The translations under genes and the position numbers were made by a program. Shown here piece by piece: positions 35,576 to 46,070 of a DNA stretch of 64,000 nt. The number at the start of each line of letters is the position of its first letter. Position 1 is the stretch's first letter. The stretch lies in the IMG/VR virus record IMGVR_UViG_3300031703_000599, positions 34,609 to 98,608 of that record. One strand, 5' to 3'. The notes below the pieces were generated by a model, which saw only the letters and a list, made by a program, of their open reading frames with translations, had not been told where the DNA came from and did no database searches. The stretch comes from a virus.

Positions 35576-36304
35576 TTACTTCTTAAATCTTGGTAAAATA
35601 CATTCGTCTGCAAACTTATAATGCGAATCAGCTGATGGGTGCCAGTCATCCACAAACGTTAGATTATTTTTCATACACCAGTCCACTAGGCATTCGTTTA
35701 TGTATTCAACTCCTGTTCGATCAAACACCTGTTTACATTTTTCCCAGCGGTCTTCTGATTTGTTATCTGTAGCGTCGTTCCATGTTTGTCCTGCTAATGC
35801 ACCAGACCATCCTCTAAACGCAAACACAGTGGCGCCAGCTAACGAAAGTAAAGAAAGTGTACTAACTAATCTAGTCAATTTTATTTCAGGATTATCAAAT
35901 TTACGGTGATCTTCGACTATGTCATATTGCGGACCAGCCCAAATTGTATATTGCTCGTCTCCAAAATAGCTATCAAACGTATCCCAATTGCCCATCTCGC
36001 AATGTGTTGGTCTCTTGTGAGCGGGGTCTAACGTTATATTATTACTTTCTAATAATTCTTTATTATAAATGTTGCCGCCTCTATTTATTCCTGTGATCTG
36101 ATATACTATTATGTGATCTTTTAAACTATGAGTTAAAACATAATTACTAAGATAATCAATTAACTGCTGATTGCCTCCGCCGCCAAATGCATTATGTATG
36201 TGATGAACAGGTTGTAAATGGTCTGCTAATGTGCCAGCCCAGGAACAAACACGGATTGTATTACTTGGAGAGAGACTACATCCCAACGTAATTAATGTTT
36301 TCAT
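35576..36304 (-). CDS. SGNH-like hydrolase/acyltransferase
   Basis: LGCS, GGGN, DDWHP motifs. Confidence 0.65.
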   Translation of the reverse strand: MKTLITLGCSLSPSNTIRVCSWAGTLADHLQPVHHIHNAFGGGGNQQLIDYLSNYVLTHSLKDHIIVYQITGINRGGNIYNKELLESNNITLDPAHKRPTHCEMGNWDTFDSYFGDEQYTIWAGPQYDIVEDHRKFDNPEIKLTRLVSTLSLLSLAGATVFAFRGWSGALAGQTWNDATDNKSEDRWEKCKQVFDRTGVEYINECLVDWCMKNNLTFVDDWHPSADSHYKFADECILPRFKK

Positions 36305-36322
36305 GCAAATTTCCTATGTGCG

Positions 36323-36613
36323 CTATTTGGTTTTGTCGAATTCTTCTAGTTGTTTTATACGTTCTTCTAACTGATCAATCTTTGCAGAAAGGTTAGGGTT
36401 TATTTTGCGCCACGCATCAGCATCTTGATTTAACCATGTTAAATTAAACTTGTCTCTGATGTAATCGACTGCCTTGTCAAAAAGCCCATAACTCCACAGG
36501 CCTATTCGTGTATCGTGTATGTAAAATACAAACGCTGTTCCAAAAATACTACCCGCTAATGCTGTCCAAATCCAAAGACGGTCATTGGCCATATCTGTTA
36601 TCAATTCCCACAT
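36323..36613 (-). CDS. hypothetical membrane protein
   Basis: TM segment plus coiled-coil tail. Confidence 0.65.
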   Translation of the reverse strand: MWELITDMANDRLWIWTALAGSIFGTAFVFYIHDTRIGLWSYGLFDKAVDYIRDKFNLTWLNQDADAWRKINPNLSAKIDQLEERIKQLEEFDKTK

Positions 36614-36622
36614 TATACTTTC

Positions 36623-37717
36623 CTATGTAAATTGCTCTGCGTATGGGTCAAACTCTGTGCCGCATTTCTGTGCGCAGACGCCTAGTTTACCTTCTTTGAT
36701 ACTAGCTAACTTCCAACTGTCTTGTATGTTCTGCATAATACCATTTGCAAACACACCTTTAATTCCATGCACTTTAGCACTAATGCCATCTTTGCCTCCA
36801 GCTGCATCAATGAAGTCCCAGATTTGCTCAACTTTAGGATCAGCTTGCCACCACTTGTACATACGTCCTGCTGTCCAGCAACACGGCATAATAAGTCCTT
36901 CAGCAGTTACAAATATGCTCTTAACATTTGGCTTAGATACTTTACAACTCACAGTTGCTTGGTTGTAATAGTCAAGCATTGTGCCGTAAGTCTTCTCGAT
37001 CTCTTTTAGCTTTAGCACTGCTAGGTTTTGGTGCTCTGCCTTTTTAGGTTTAGCAAGAGTAGTTGTTTCTGCACCTTTGTGATTCTTAGCCTGATGTGAT
37101 TCTTTCTTCTTACTGTCTTGTGTAATGAAGCGCCCAGTTTTCTTCTTCATGAACTTCTCAACACCCCACTCTTTAGCAAGTTGTTCAGCACGTTCCACAT
37201 CGCATTCACTGTGTTCAAATATTAAATAGTCCCAACGAGCTCTACCGCCTGCTGCAATAAATGCTTTCATGTTACGCTCTACTAGTTTCCACTTTACATT
37301 TTGTCTATACAAATGATTTGTTTCTTCCAGTCCGTCTACACTAAAGATAACACACCCATTGCGACCAATGATTCTAGCAAGTGATTCCCACCAACTAGCA
37401 CTTTGCATGCCTGCGTTAGTGTTCATGCTTAACCACATGTCTTCGTTGCAGTCGCGGAACCATTGCATAATCTCTAGTGTATCACGTGCAGCAATTGGAT
37501 CGCCTAGGTTGCCGCACATATACATTACCTTGAGTTGACTAATAAAGTCTGCTGGAAATATATCTATGCAATCATCTAGTGTTAATTCTTTTTCGTCATT
37601 GCGTATGTGTTGGTTAACTGCTCCACCATTTTCATTTCTGTCACACATTGGACACGCAGCGTTGCAGCTTTGTGTTACTTCTAAGTGAACTTCGTTAATC
37701 TGTTCGTAGTTGTACAT
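36623..37717 (-). CDS. radical SAM protein with SPASM/twitch domain
   Basis: CNAACPMC, GNLGDP, SVDG...YR, C...PCC...CAQKC. Confidence 0.9.
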   Translation of the reverse strand: MYNYEQINEVHLEVTQSCNAACPMCDRNENGGAVNQHIRNDEKELTLDDCIDIFPADFISQLKVMYMCGNLGDPIAARDTLEIMQWFRDCNEDMWLSMNTNAGMQSASWWESLARIIGRNGCVIFSVDGLEETNHLYRQNVKWKLVERNMKAFIAAGGRARWDYLIFEHSECDVERAEQLAKEWGVEKFMKKKTGRFITQDSKKKESHQAKNHKGAETTTLAKPKKAEHQNLAVLKLKEIEKTYGTMLDYYNQATVSCKVSKPNVKSIFVTAEGLIMPCCWTAGRMYKWWQADPKVEQIWDFIDAAGGKDGISAKVHGIKGVFANGIMQNIQDSWKLASIKEGKLGVCAQKCGTEFDPYAEQFT

Positions 37718-38091
37718 TAATAAATCCCGTCAAATATAAAGCAATCAACTGCAAAGGTTAGCTGTGCTCCAATGAACACTGCTAGCAGCCAACTGTCTAG
37801 CCAGTCCCATAGCTTTTTAATAATAAACCAGGCAGCTATTACCCGTAACGTGTATGTTATGTCTGTTAATAGCAAGTCCACAAACTCTGGCATCTGTGTT
37901 GCACCATAATAATAATAAAATATGATGTTGTCATATGCAAAACTTATTTGGGCCATCACAAGTACAGCCAAGTAGTAACTCATTCGTAAAGTTAACAACC
38001 TAACAATAGTAGCTGATACAAACAATCTATACGCTACATATGTTACGTTAGCTATTAATAATTCTAACATGGCGTTTGTTCCTTTGTCCAA
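37717..38091 (-). CDS. hypothetical membrane protein
   Basis: Four hydrophobic segments. Confidence 0.6.
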   Translation of the reverse strand: MDKGTNAMLELLIANVTYVAYRLFVSATIVRLLTLRMSYYLAVLVMAQISFAYDNIIFYYYYGATQMPEFVDLLLTDITYTLRVIAAWFIIKKLWDWLDSWLLAVFIGAQLTFAVDCFIFDGIY

Positions 38092-38471
38092 AACACATGC
38101 ACTTGCTTGTTCTTCTTTTTAGCATAATCATGTGTGTACCATGTGCCTCCTTTATGCTGGCGTGTTAGCGCAATGGGTGCTACTATCAAACAATCAGTTG
38201 CGTTCACAATAGCCCTATTGCGTTCTAAGTAAGGAGCTGGCTCTCTTACTTCATTACCGCCAAATTTAGCATATAATTTAGTGTCAGTTGGTGGATAGGA
38301 AATAACATGCCAACTTAACGCCATTGCAACAGCAGCAACTTCAATATCTGCACCTACACAATCACCATGATGTAATTCAGCAGGCAATGGAATAGATTGC
38401 ATGAATTCAATTATTGCTTTAAGCTGATAGTCGTTAGTGCCGTGTCTAGATCCAGTTATTCCTACTTTCAT
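38064..38471 (-). CDS. SLOG-superfamily nucleotide-binding protein
   Basis: GITGSR, HGDCVGAD, ERNxxIV, GGTWYT. Confidence 0.75.
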   Translation of the reverse strand: MKVGITGSRHGTNDYQLKAIIEFMQSIPLPAELHHGDCVGADIEVAAVAMALSWHVISYPPTDTKLYAKFGGNEVREPAPYLERNRAIVNATDCLIVAPIALTRQHKGGTWYTHDYAKKKNKQVHVFWTKEQTPC

Positions 38472-38801
38472 TTAATGATTTCGCCTTCCATCAAACACAC
38501 AAACAAAATACAATATGCTGTCTGTGTTGTTTACGACTTGATGATGAACTCCATCTTCGATTAATACAACATCACCTGGTTCTACGTTACGTGGAACATT
38601 ATTCAAACACATTACACCTGTGCCTGAGATAAAGTGATACACTTCTTCTTGTCCGGGATGTGAATGTCCATTTGTACGCATAAATGGTTTAAGCGTAGTT
38701 GAACTAACAACTAAATTATTCAGTGTTGTATTGTCTTGTAATGTGTATGTGTCGTTGTCTTTAACAACTGTGCCACCAACATCCATTATATTAACTTTCA
38801 T
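38472..38801 (-). CDS. cupin domain protein
   Basis: HSHPGQEEVY...GDVVLIEDGVHH. Confidence 0.85.
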   Translation of the reverse strand: MKVNIMDVGGTVVKDNDTYTLQDNTTLNNLVVSSTTLKPFMRTNGHSHPGQEEVYHFISGTGVMCLNNVPRNVEPGDVVLIEDGVHHQVVNNTDSILYFVCVFDGRRNH

Positions 38802-39501
38802 TTGTATCTCCTAACGATTCAAATCCCCATTTGCGCTCTAAACAAAACCAGCATGTTCCGCAATGATATGTGAAGTTAGTAGTTGGATCTTCGCAACTTC
38901 GAGTAAGTGAAAATAAGGATTCCATTACACCTAAATTGGTATAAAATTCTGCCGTTGCTTTTTTATGATGATTAGCAAATGGCCTGTTGCTTTTGTAGTA
39001 TCCCATATATCCTGGTTTTGCCAACGGCCACTCATAAATGGAATATTTATCTGGGGCGTCGTGGTCACGTATTGCAACACGCTCATCTGTTAACATTCCG
39101 TGCTCTGCCATTGCAGATGTTGGTGGATTTGATGTTATGCCGCTGTACATCATTGTATATTTGTCTTGTACAGAGTCAATGAGTGCCTCTTGCTTAGGTG
39201 TGTAATCCTGTTCGTTGTTTGCTGTATTTGTTACGTGTAAATAGTCTCCCATTGGATAAACACTGTTAACATAATTTATTACTTGTTCAGCAAATATTAA
39301 TTGAAATGGTTTTGGCTGTGCAACTGTAGTCGCTATAACAAATCTCATTGTAGGATTTAATTCATGCCTGTACTTAGCTAACATGTACAATAGTATAGCA
39401 CTGTCAGCGCCGCCCGACAGCTTCACAAGTACATTAGTTCCTTGTGGTATATCAATTGTAACGTCACCGAAGCTATTAGTGAATGTCATATTATTTGTCA
39501 T
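38791..39501 (-). CDS. QueC-like PP-loop ATPase (7-cyano-7-deazaguanine synthase-like)
   Basis: LSGGADS PP-loop; TRSC...HCGTCWFCLER zinc motif. Confidence 0.65.
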   Translation of the reverse strand: MTNNMTFTNSFGDVTIDIPQGTNVLVKLSGGADSAILLYMLAKYRHELNPTMRFVIATTVAQPKPFQLIFAEQVINYVNSVYPMGDYLHVTNTANNEQDYTPKQEALIDSVQDKYTMMYSGITSNPPTSAMAEHGMLTDERVAIRDHDAPDKYSIYEWPLAKPGYMGYYKSNRPFANHHKKATAEFYTNLGVMESLFSLTRSCEDPTTNFTYHCGTCWFCLERKWGFESLGDTNES

Positions 39502-39747
39502 TTAGTTATCCATTATAAGTTTAATATCAACACCTGGTCCAACTTCACTTGGGAAGTCGCCGTGTTCTTCAATGTAGTGTCGTATTACTGCCTTGTACCA
39601 CAATCGGCTATCGTGTCTGGCAACAGCATTAAATTTGTGTATACTGTTATTGTCAGCTGGCATTGTGTTTATAGCACGTGCAGCTTCTTTTTGCAACTGC
39701 CGTGGCGTAAAGCCATCCATGATTGCATCCCATAGTTCATCATCCAT
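39502..39747 (-). CDS. hypothetical protein
   Basis: ORF track. Confidence 0.6.
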   Translation of the reverse strand: MDDELWDAIMDGFTPRQLQKEAARAINTMPADNNSIHKFNAVARHDSRLWYKAVIRHYIEEHGDFPSEVGPGVDIKLIMDN

Positions 39748-39982
39748 TCGCCTTTACAACTCCTCTTAGTTTTACTAACATTGCTGTTTCTTCAGACATA
39801 AAATTTAATACAATAACCTGGCGTCCATCTGGTTGAATATAAACATTGCTAATTTCATAATCATGTCTATATGTTAAGTCTAGCTTTGTTAACTGTGTAA
39901 CAATGTTAGCCAATGCATCCCATGCTGAATTTACTTTAAAATCAGTGTAGTCTGCTACTAAATATTTAATCTGTGTGTTCAT
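39740..39982 (-). CDS. hypothetical protein
   Basis: ORF track. Confidence 0.55.
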   Translation of the reverse strand: MNTQIKYLVADYTDFKVNSAWDALANIVTQLTKLDLTYRHDYEISNVYIQPDGRQVIVLNFMSEETAMLVKLRGVVKANG

Positions 39983-41158
39983 TTACTTAATACCAATTAA
40001 CATGAATCTGTTATACAGTTGCGTGTCTAGTTCTCCGCTGTAATACGTATCGCTCATAGGGTATTTAGCAACTGCGTCTGCTAGGTCTTTGCAACAATTA
40101 CTGTGTTGTTCGTTGTCAAAGTAATCGTTTGTTTGTAATACAACAAACGTACCTTTTGGTAAATCGTCATACCATGTGTTGTCCATATGTTCACAACTTG
40201 TATTTACTACAACATTAATTGCGCGGTCATGTAATGCTTTTATTTCTTTTTCTTTAACTGGATCTTCTATGTCTTTCCTATTGATCCAAGAAATCTGTTG
40301 CGAATCTGCAGCAATGTTTTGATAACCAAATTGTTCAAACACTTCTTGCTTTGCTTGGCTACCTTCTGTTAATCCAAACTCTTCTTTAATTCGCGTTACA
40401 TCTGCTGCCACGTTACGGTTTTTGTTTAGCCAGTCTTGGTAATGTTCTGTTTGCTTTGCAACCCATTCATCTATTTGTTCTTGTCTACGATCTGGGTAAA
40501 CCATATTAAGTGTTCGTCCATCCCATTTCATTTTATTAGCGTCTGCTGTAATGCAATGAAACCGCCTATTCGCAACTTCATCTACGTATAGTCGTTCACT
40601 TGGTCCAACTAGATCAGCATCAATGTCTATACTGTATATATTGCTTACTTGGAATTGTTCAAACATAAAGTGCGCAAGGAAGTTGTACCATCCACCATAA
40701 AACACTACGTTGCCTAGTGGGCCGTCCACGATGTTGGATAGTTCTTCCACTAACCATAACTTACTCTTAACCTGACCTCTGCTAAAGAAGTCAAGCATGT
40801 TAGGAATTTCACGTTCGTTGTTTGCAAAGTATGTTAAGAATTTATATATACGTGCTGTTAGTTCATCTTCAACAAACCAATCAACAAGTCCAATTAATGT
40901 TCTTGGATTAACATCGTAGTCCGGTAACTCGCTGTACATCGCTGTGTTGTAGTAACTCTTTAATGCAACATCACCACCAGACAACTGCTTACTATCAATG
41001 CGCTTATGCATATCAAATATTAAGTCTCGTTTACGATACTTGTTGTCGTGATACAACGCTTTAAACACAACATCAAACTTATCATTCTGCTTGTGTTTAA
41101 AGTATTCATCTAGTCCGCAGAGCCATGCGTGTTTTTCTGCAAAATCAGAGTGATTCAT
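39983..41158 (-). CDS. class I SAM-dependent methyltransferase-like protein
   Basis: SKLWL, YGGWY, SIDID, VNTSCEH, RFMLIG. Confidence 0.65.
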   Translation of the reverse strand: MNHSDFAEKHAWLCGLDEYFKHKQNDKFDVVFKALYHDNKYRKRDLIFDMHKRIDSKQLSGGDVALKSYYNTAMYSELPDYDVNPRTLIGLVDWFVEDELTARIYKFLTYFANNEREIPNMLDFFSRGQVKSKLWLVEELSNIVDGPLGNVVFYGGWYNFLAHFMFEQFQVSNIYSIDIDADLVGPSERLYVDEVANRRFHCITADANKMKWDGRTLNMVYPDRRQEQIDEWVAKQTEHYQDWLNKNRNVAADVTRIKEEFGLTEGSQAKQEVFEQFGYQNIAADSQQISWINRKDIEDPVKEKEIKALHDRAINVVVNTSCEHMDNTWYDDLPKGTFVVLQTNDYFDNEQHSNCCKDLADAVAKYPMSDTYYSGELDTQLYNRFMLIGIK

Positions 41159-41849
41159 TAAATGTTTTCCTCAACCATTCCCAGTCGTTGATTTTCTTTA
41201 ATGCTTCTTTGTTGTCCTTGTAGTGTAATCCAAACTCTTTGCCTTGGTTAGCGCCAAGAATTGCGTATTCGCCATATCGCCTGTTTGCTCCACGTGTACA
41301 CCATATTTCAAGTCTGTACGCATCATCTATCTGTTTGTTGTGATCAATTATGCTACTTGCTAGCTTAGTTCCTTCACGGAATGCACTGCGCCAGGTGTTA
41401 AATGGATCTGTATTAAACGCTGTAGTGTTACTAATCTCAAACAACGGCTTGAACTTAGCGCCAATACTTGTAGTCATATCTACTTTAAATTCAGTAGTTG
41501 CTAACAAGTTCTTCTTTGGAAATAGCTTTAACGCTCCGTTGCCGTATATCAAATCATTGATAGGATTATGACTGCGGTATGTGAATACACACTCAGTCTC
41601 CGGTACGCCTGGGTACGCCTCGCGTCTGTCGCTTGGTTCAAACTTAAACGCAAAGTTCTCGCTAATTATTGCATCCGCATCACAGACATAAAAGTAGTTT
41701 GTCTTAGACAGTTCTGCTGCGGCTTGGTGTGCATTGAGTAATCCTTCTACGTTGTCAATGCGTTGTGCATGTGGTGCTTTTTGTTGTAGTATTTTAAAGT
41801 TTTCGTCTGCTTCTGGTTCACCAAAAGTTAACATAAAGACATCTAGCAT
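41145..41849 (-). CDS. GT-A-like glycosyltransferase domain protein
   Basis: EPxADEN, AH..AA, VCDADA (DxD), YGNGALK, WRSAFRE. Confidence 0.6.
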   Translation of the reverse strand: MLDVFMLTFGEPEADENFKILQQKAPHAQRIDNVEGLLNAHQAAAELSKTNYFYVCDADAIISENFAFKFEPSDRREAYPGVPETECVFTYRSHNPINDLIYGNGALKLFPKKNLLATTEFKVDMTTSIGAKFKPLFEISNTTAFNTDPFNTWRSAFREGTKLASSIIDHNKQIDDAYRLEIWCTRGANRRYGEYAILGANQGKEFGLHYKDNKEALKKINDWEWLRKTFNESL

Positions 41850-41905
41850 GTATTGCTCCGTGTTAGTTGCGAGTGGGTATTAGTTGTATAATTACGCATA
41901 CCACT

Positions 41906-41934
41906 ATTATACTACATGGTATGCGTAATGTCAA
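41906..41934 (-). promoter_or_regulatory. sigma70-type promoter
   Basis: TTGACA-N17-TATAAT. Confidence 0.7.
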
Positions 41935-41943
41935 GTCTATTTA

Positions 41944-42537
41944 TTACTGTGCTAGAGGATTATCTAACGCACGTTGTAGACGCTTATTAAGTCTGCTTTC
42001 TAATTCAGTTAACTTACGCTCTGTGTCTTTACGTATACTGTCAGCCTTTTGTTCGTAGTCTGTTTGTAGTTGATTTCGTTTGTTCTCAAAACGACCATCT
42101 GCTATTTGAATTAACTCGCGTACATCTGCTTCGACATCTTGTACTTCATCTTCGACTTTTTCAATAATTTTTTCTTGTCTATTGATATCATCGCGCATAG
42201 ACTTCTTTAAATCCTTTAGCGACTGATAATGTTCATCGTTAATTTCCTTAATCATTTCAATCTCTTCTTTGAATAAATCAATCTCTTTACTAACGAACTC
42301 CATGTGTGCATCTACTATGGAAAACTTGCCATCCATTACTGCAATACGCTTATCAAACTCAGACAGATCAGGAGCCTTATAACTTTGTATCTTAGCCTTC
42401 ATAGTTCTATAGTCATTGTAGAATTCAAATCCACCCCATGCAGCTCCGCCCATGGTACTTAGTACGGTTACTAACAGAAATATTTTGCCGCCTGTAAACT
42501 TAACTCCTCCTACTTCGACTGTTGTTTTTTCACTCAT
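41944..42537 (-). CDS. membrane-anchored coiled-coil protein
   Basis: N-terminal TM, long heptad region, ends ALDNPL. Confidence 0.75.
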   Translation of the reverse strand: MSEKTTVEVGGVKFTGGKIFLLVTVLSTMGGAAWGGFEFYNDYRTMKAKIQSYKAPDLSEFDKRIAVMDGKFSIVDAHMEFVSKEIDLFKEEIEMIKEINDEHYQSLKDLKKSMRDDINRQEKIIEKVEDEVQDVEADVRELIQIADGRFENKRNQLQTDYEQKADSIRKDTERKLTELESRLNKRLQRALDNPLAQ

Positions 42538-42542
42538 TATTC

Positions 42543-45500
42543 TTATTCCTTGTATTGTTGGTCTACCATCTTCTCATGAAGTATTTGGCTTGCGAGACCG
42601 TTTAATAATCCTCTGCCAGGTGGCGGAGTTTTTTGGTTTCTGTATATGTCCTCTGATATATACATGTCTGCACCAGGTAATACAAGTTTGCCGTATTGTG
42701 AAAATCCAGGAACATAATTTATCAACGCACTTATTTGTGCTTGTAATGCTTGCTGGTCTTTAAGGGATTGTGCTTCGCCCATTACCTTAGCTAATTTAGC
42801 TAATTTGTTTGCGACTATCTCTTTCATCTTTTTCATCTTGGCTTTCTGTTTTTGTGCTTTGGTCATTTTCTTAACTATAGGTTTCTTAACTATAGGCTTA
42901 GGTTCTACTACTTCTTCTTTTTCTGTAGTGTCTTCACTTGTCTCTTCCTCTTCAACAAGTTCTTCGTCTATTACTTCCTTTTCAGTAGGTTCATCCTCTA
43001 CTTCTTTTTCGGTTGTTTCTTCCTCAACCTTTTCGTCTGTTGTTTCTTTTTCTACTGTTTCTTCTTCTACTGTTTCTTCTTCAACGGCCTCTTCTTCAGC
43101 GGTTTCTTCTTCCACAGTTTCTTCTACTACTTCTACTACTTCTACTTCTACTACTTCTACTACTTCTACATCTGGCTCAACTATTTCAACCTCAAGTTCA
43201 ACCTCAAACTCTGCTGCAATTTCTTGTTCAATAGCTGCTTCAAGCTGTTCAGTTGTCTCTGCTGGTGCGCCAGTTGCTATTTGTATCTGTACTTGTATAG
43301 GCTGTACTACCGGTGCAGGTGCAGCTACAACAGGCACTACCTCAACAGGCGGTGGTATCACAATTGGAACAGGTATCACAATTGGTGCTGCGATTATACT
43401 ATCAATTACTGCGTCGCCTGTTCCTGTTCCTTCTATGACAACTGGCGAGGTTGCTGGTGTTTCTATGACTGGAGCGACATACCCGCTGCACTGTGTATCT
43501 GACTGTGGATTCTGTAAACATTGCTGGTTAAAGTAAGCAGATGTGTAGCCTGCACATCGCATGTCGTACAATGTATTCAACTCACATTGCTGAAGTAAGT
43601 AAGCGCCTTCGTATCCTGTACATGAACTGTCATACGTTGCATCTAATCCGCATTGGTAATCCATGTATGCTGCTGCATAACCTGTGCATGAACTATCGTA
43701 AAGTGGACTTGCTGTACATTGCTGTAACAAATATGCAGTGTCGTATCCTGCACATGAACTATTGTATAGTGGACTTGCTGTACATTGCTGTAGTAGGTAT
43801 GCATCAGCATAACCTGTACATGAACTGTCATACGTTGCATCTAATCCGCATTGGTAATCCATATATGCTGCTGTGTAGCCTGGGCACTCTGAACTGTACA
43901 ATGCACTTACTGTACATTGCTGTCCAAGATATGCTGCGTTATACCCACTACATGAACTATCGTAAAGTGGACTTGCTGTACATTGCTGGTTAAAATAAGC
44001 ATCTGCATAACCTGTACATGAACTATCGTAAAGTGGACTTGCTGTACATTGCTGGTTAAAATAAGCATCTGCATAACCTGGACATTCGATGTTGTATAAT
44101 GTGTTTGCTGTACATTGCTGATCCATGTATGCTGTGTCGTAGCCTGTGCATGAACTGTCGTATAGTGGACTTGCTGTACATTGCTGGTTAAAATAAGCAT
44201 CTGCATACCCTGTACATGAACTATCGTAAAGTGGACTTGCTGTACATTGCTGATCATAGTACGCCAATTCGTACCCGCTACATCCGCTATCGTATAAAGG
44301 ACTTGCTGTACATTGCTGATCGTAATATGCTTCGGTGTACCCGGTACATGAACTATCGTATAGAGGACTTGCTGTACATTGCTGATCGTAATATGCTGTG
44401 TCGTATCCCGTACATGAACTATCATATAATGCGTTAGCACTACATTGCTGTAACAAGTATGCAGTGTCGTATCCTGTGCATGAACTGTCGTATAGTGGAC
44501 TTGCTGTACATTGATAATCGTAATATGCTGCATCGTATCCACTGCAACTACTGCTATACAACGCATTCTGTTCGCATTGATAACTTTCATATGCGGTTGC
44601 ATAACCAGTGCAACCGCTATCGTACATAGGGTCTGCTGTACAGTTCTGTGTGTATTGCAGTTGTTCCAACGCTGTGGCATAGTCTGTGCAACTAACATCC
44701 CATAGTGCATCAGCAGTACAATTAGTTGTCCAATACTCAATTTCTATAAAGTCATACCAGCGACCGCTATCAGGGAATACAGTATTGTTATCGCTGTCAG
44801 CAGTGTACAAGAATAAGTAGTCGCCGCCATCCCAGTTGGTGCCGCTAATATATCCTGTCTTGGTACCTGGACATTCTTCGTTGTTGGATAATTGACATTC
44901 CCATGCCCATGCTGTTAGGTTATCTAAGTTAGCAAGTAATGTATCAAACTGTACTGGATTGTTTGGTCGATAGATGAATATGTAATCGCTGCCTTCGCCA
45001 CTAACATTCATTGCAGAATCAGTTTTTTTAACCCCACTGTAGTCTATCCAATTTGGACAGCCTGCGTCATATTGTGCATCTGAACTACATTGTTGATCAT
45101 AATATGCAGTGGCATAACCTGTGCATCCACTATCATACAATGCATCCGCGGCACATGAATTATTATATTGCTGTTGTTCATATGCTGCTGTGTATCCAGG
45201 ACAACCAGGGTCATACAATTCATTTGCGCTACAATTAGCAGTGTACTCGTGTTCAGCATATGCTTCGCTATACCCACTGCAACTAGGATCGTACAATGCA
45301 GTTAGTGCGCAAGGGTTTGCTCTGTATGTAAACCATACTGCATTATCTTTGACTAATGGACCGTATGTTCCGTCCCACATTCCATTGTCTTTGCCGGTAA
45401 CTCTAAACGTTGCACTTCCTAGACTGTCAGGAGCATATATTGTGCCAGTCTTATTAGTATGATCGTACAGTTGAATAAAGTCTTCTTCTATTTGCCAGAT

Positions 45501-46070
45501 AAATCCAGTTTTGTCTGCAATCTCGTTGTTACTGTATGCGTTAGGATTTTCATAATCAAACCATTGGTCATAATCGTATGTGCGTGTTTCAATAACATCA
45601 CCGTTTGAATCTGTTATCTCAACAACTACAATTAATGTGTCGTATTGGTCTTTGTATGCGCTGTCTAGTAGATTGCCTGTGTTTAAGTCAACACGGTTCT
45701 CAATGTTTTCTCTACAATGTTCACGAGTTGGTGCGCCCTCTGATGTCTTTGTATTAAAGCAACCAGTTGACCACTTCCATGAATAATGGACTTTGTCAAC
45801 TGATATACCCTCTTGTTGGAGAGCAGTATTGATAGCAAACGATAATGCAAACGTATCGTAACACGCGCCGAATCCAATGATGTTATGGCCTTTTGCAATA
45901 GACATCGCATTAGTCTTTCCTGCAGGACAATCGCTTTGGTACGTATATACTGCATCGCCTACTACTCCTACAATTGGATCAGTTATTACTGGATCAGCTA
46001 CTGTACTAGAGGAAAAGTAGGAAAAGCAAAAGACTACCGCCAGCTTTAAGCAGATCATTATTGTTTTCAT
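42543..46070 (-). CDS. large exported Cys-rich repeat protein with Pro-rich and Glu-rich stalk
   Basis: Signal peptide; 23 C-x9-C units of ~22 aa; Pro/Val, then Glu, then Lys-rich linker. Confidence 0.85.
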   Translation of the reverse strand: MKTIMICLKLAVVFCFSYFSSSTVADPVITDPIVGVVGDAVYTYQSDCPAGKTNAMSIAKGHNIIGFGACYDTFALSFAINTALQQEGISVDKVHYSWKWSTGCFNTKTSEGAPTREHCRENIENRVDLNTGNLLDSAYKDQYDTLIVVVEITDSNGDVIETRTYDYDQWFDYENPNAYSNNEIADKTGFIWQIEEDFIQLYDHTNKTGTIYAPDSLGSATFRVTGKDNGMWDGTYGPLVKDNAVWFTYRANPCALTALYDPSCSGYSEAYAEHEYTANCSANELYDPGCPGYTAAYEQQQYNNSCAADALYDSGCTGYATAYYDQQCSSDAQYDAGCPNWIDYSGVKKTDSAMNVSGEGSDYIFIYRPNNPVQFDTLLANLDNLTAWAWECQLSNNEECPGTKTGYISGTNWDGGDYLFLYTADSDNNTVFPDSGRWYDFIEIEYWTTNCTADALWDVSCTDYATALEQLQYTQNCTADPMYDSGCTGYATAYESYQCEQNALYSSSCSGYDAAYYDYQCTASPLYDSSCTGYDTAYLLQQCSANALYDSSCTGYDTAYYDQQCTASPLYDSSCTGYTEAYYDQQCTASPLYDSGCSGYELAYYDQQCTASPLYDSSCTGYADAYFNQQCTASPLYDSSCTGYDTAYMDQQCTANTLYNIECPGYADAYFNQQCTASPLYDSSCTGYADAYFNQQCTASPLYDSSCSGYNAAYLGQQCTVSALYSSECPGYTAAYMDYQCGLDATYDSSCTGYADAYLLQQCTASPLYNSSCAGYDTAYLLQQCTASPLYDSSCTGYAAAYMDYQCGLDATYDSSCTGYEGAYLLQQCELNTLYDMRCAGYTSAYFNQQCLQNPQSDTQCSGYVAPVIETPATSPVVIEGTGTGDAVIDSIIAAPIVIPVPIVIPPPVEVVPVVAAPAPVVQPIQVQIQIATGAPAETTEQLEAAIEQEIAAEFEVELEVEIVEPDVEVVEVVEVEVVEVVEETVEEETAEEEAVEEETVEEETVEKETTDEKVEEETTEKEVEDEPTEKEVIDEELVEEEETSEDTTEKEEVVEPKPIVKKPIVKKMTKAQKQKAKMKKMKEIVANKLAKLAKVMGEAQSLKDQQALQAQISALINYVPGFSQYGKLVLPGADMYISEDIYRNQKTPPPGRGLLNGLASQILHEKMVDQQYKE
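43485..44725 (-). repeat. coding tandem repeat, 19 units of ~66 bp
   Basis: Consensus QQCTASPLYDSSCTGYxxAYxx; 4 more units near 45055-45312. Confidence 0.9.

Noticed and set aside
43485-44725. 66-bp periodic repeats as a CRISPR array or DGR template/variable repeats
   Set aside because: They are in-frame coding repeats with codon-position variation, with no unique spacers, no cas or reverse transcriptase gene, and no adenine-specific mismatch pattern
42805-44740. Long alternative ORFs (Ser/Thr-rich 42805..43536, Phe-rich 42852..43502, 43541..43993, 43907..44740)
   Set aside because: Antisense or off-frame shadows of the low-complexity and repeat regions of the 1175-aa gene
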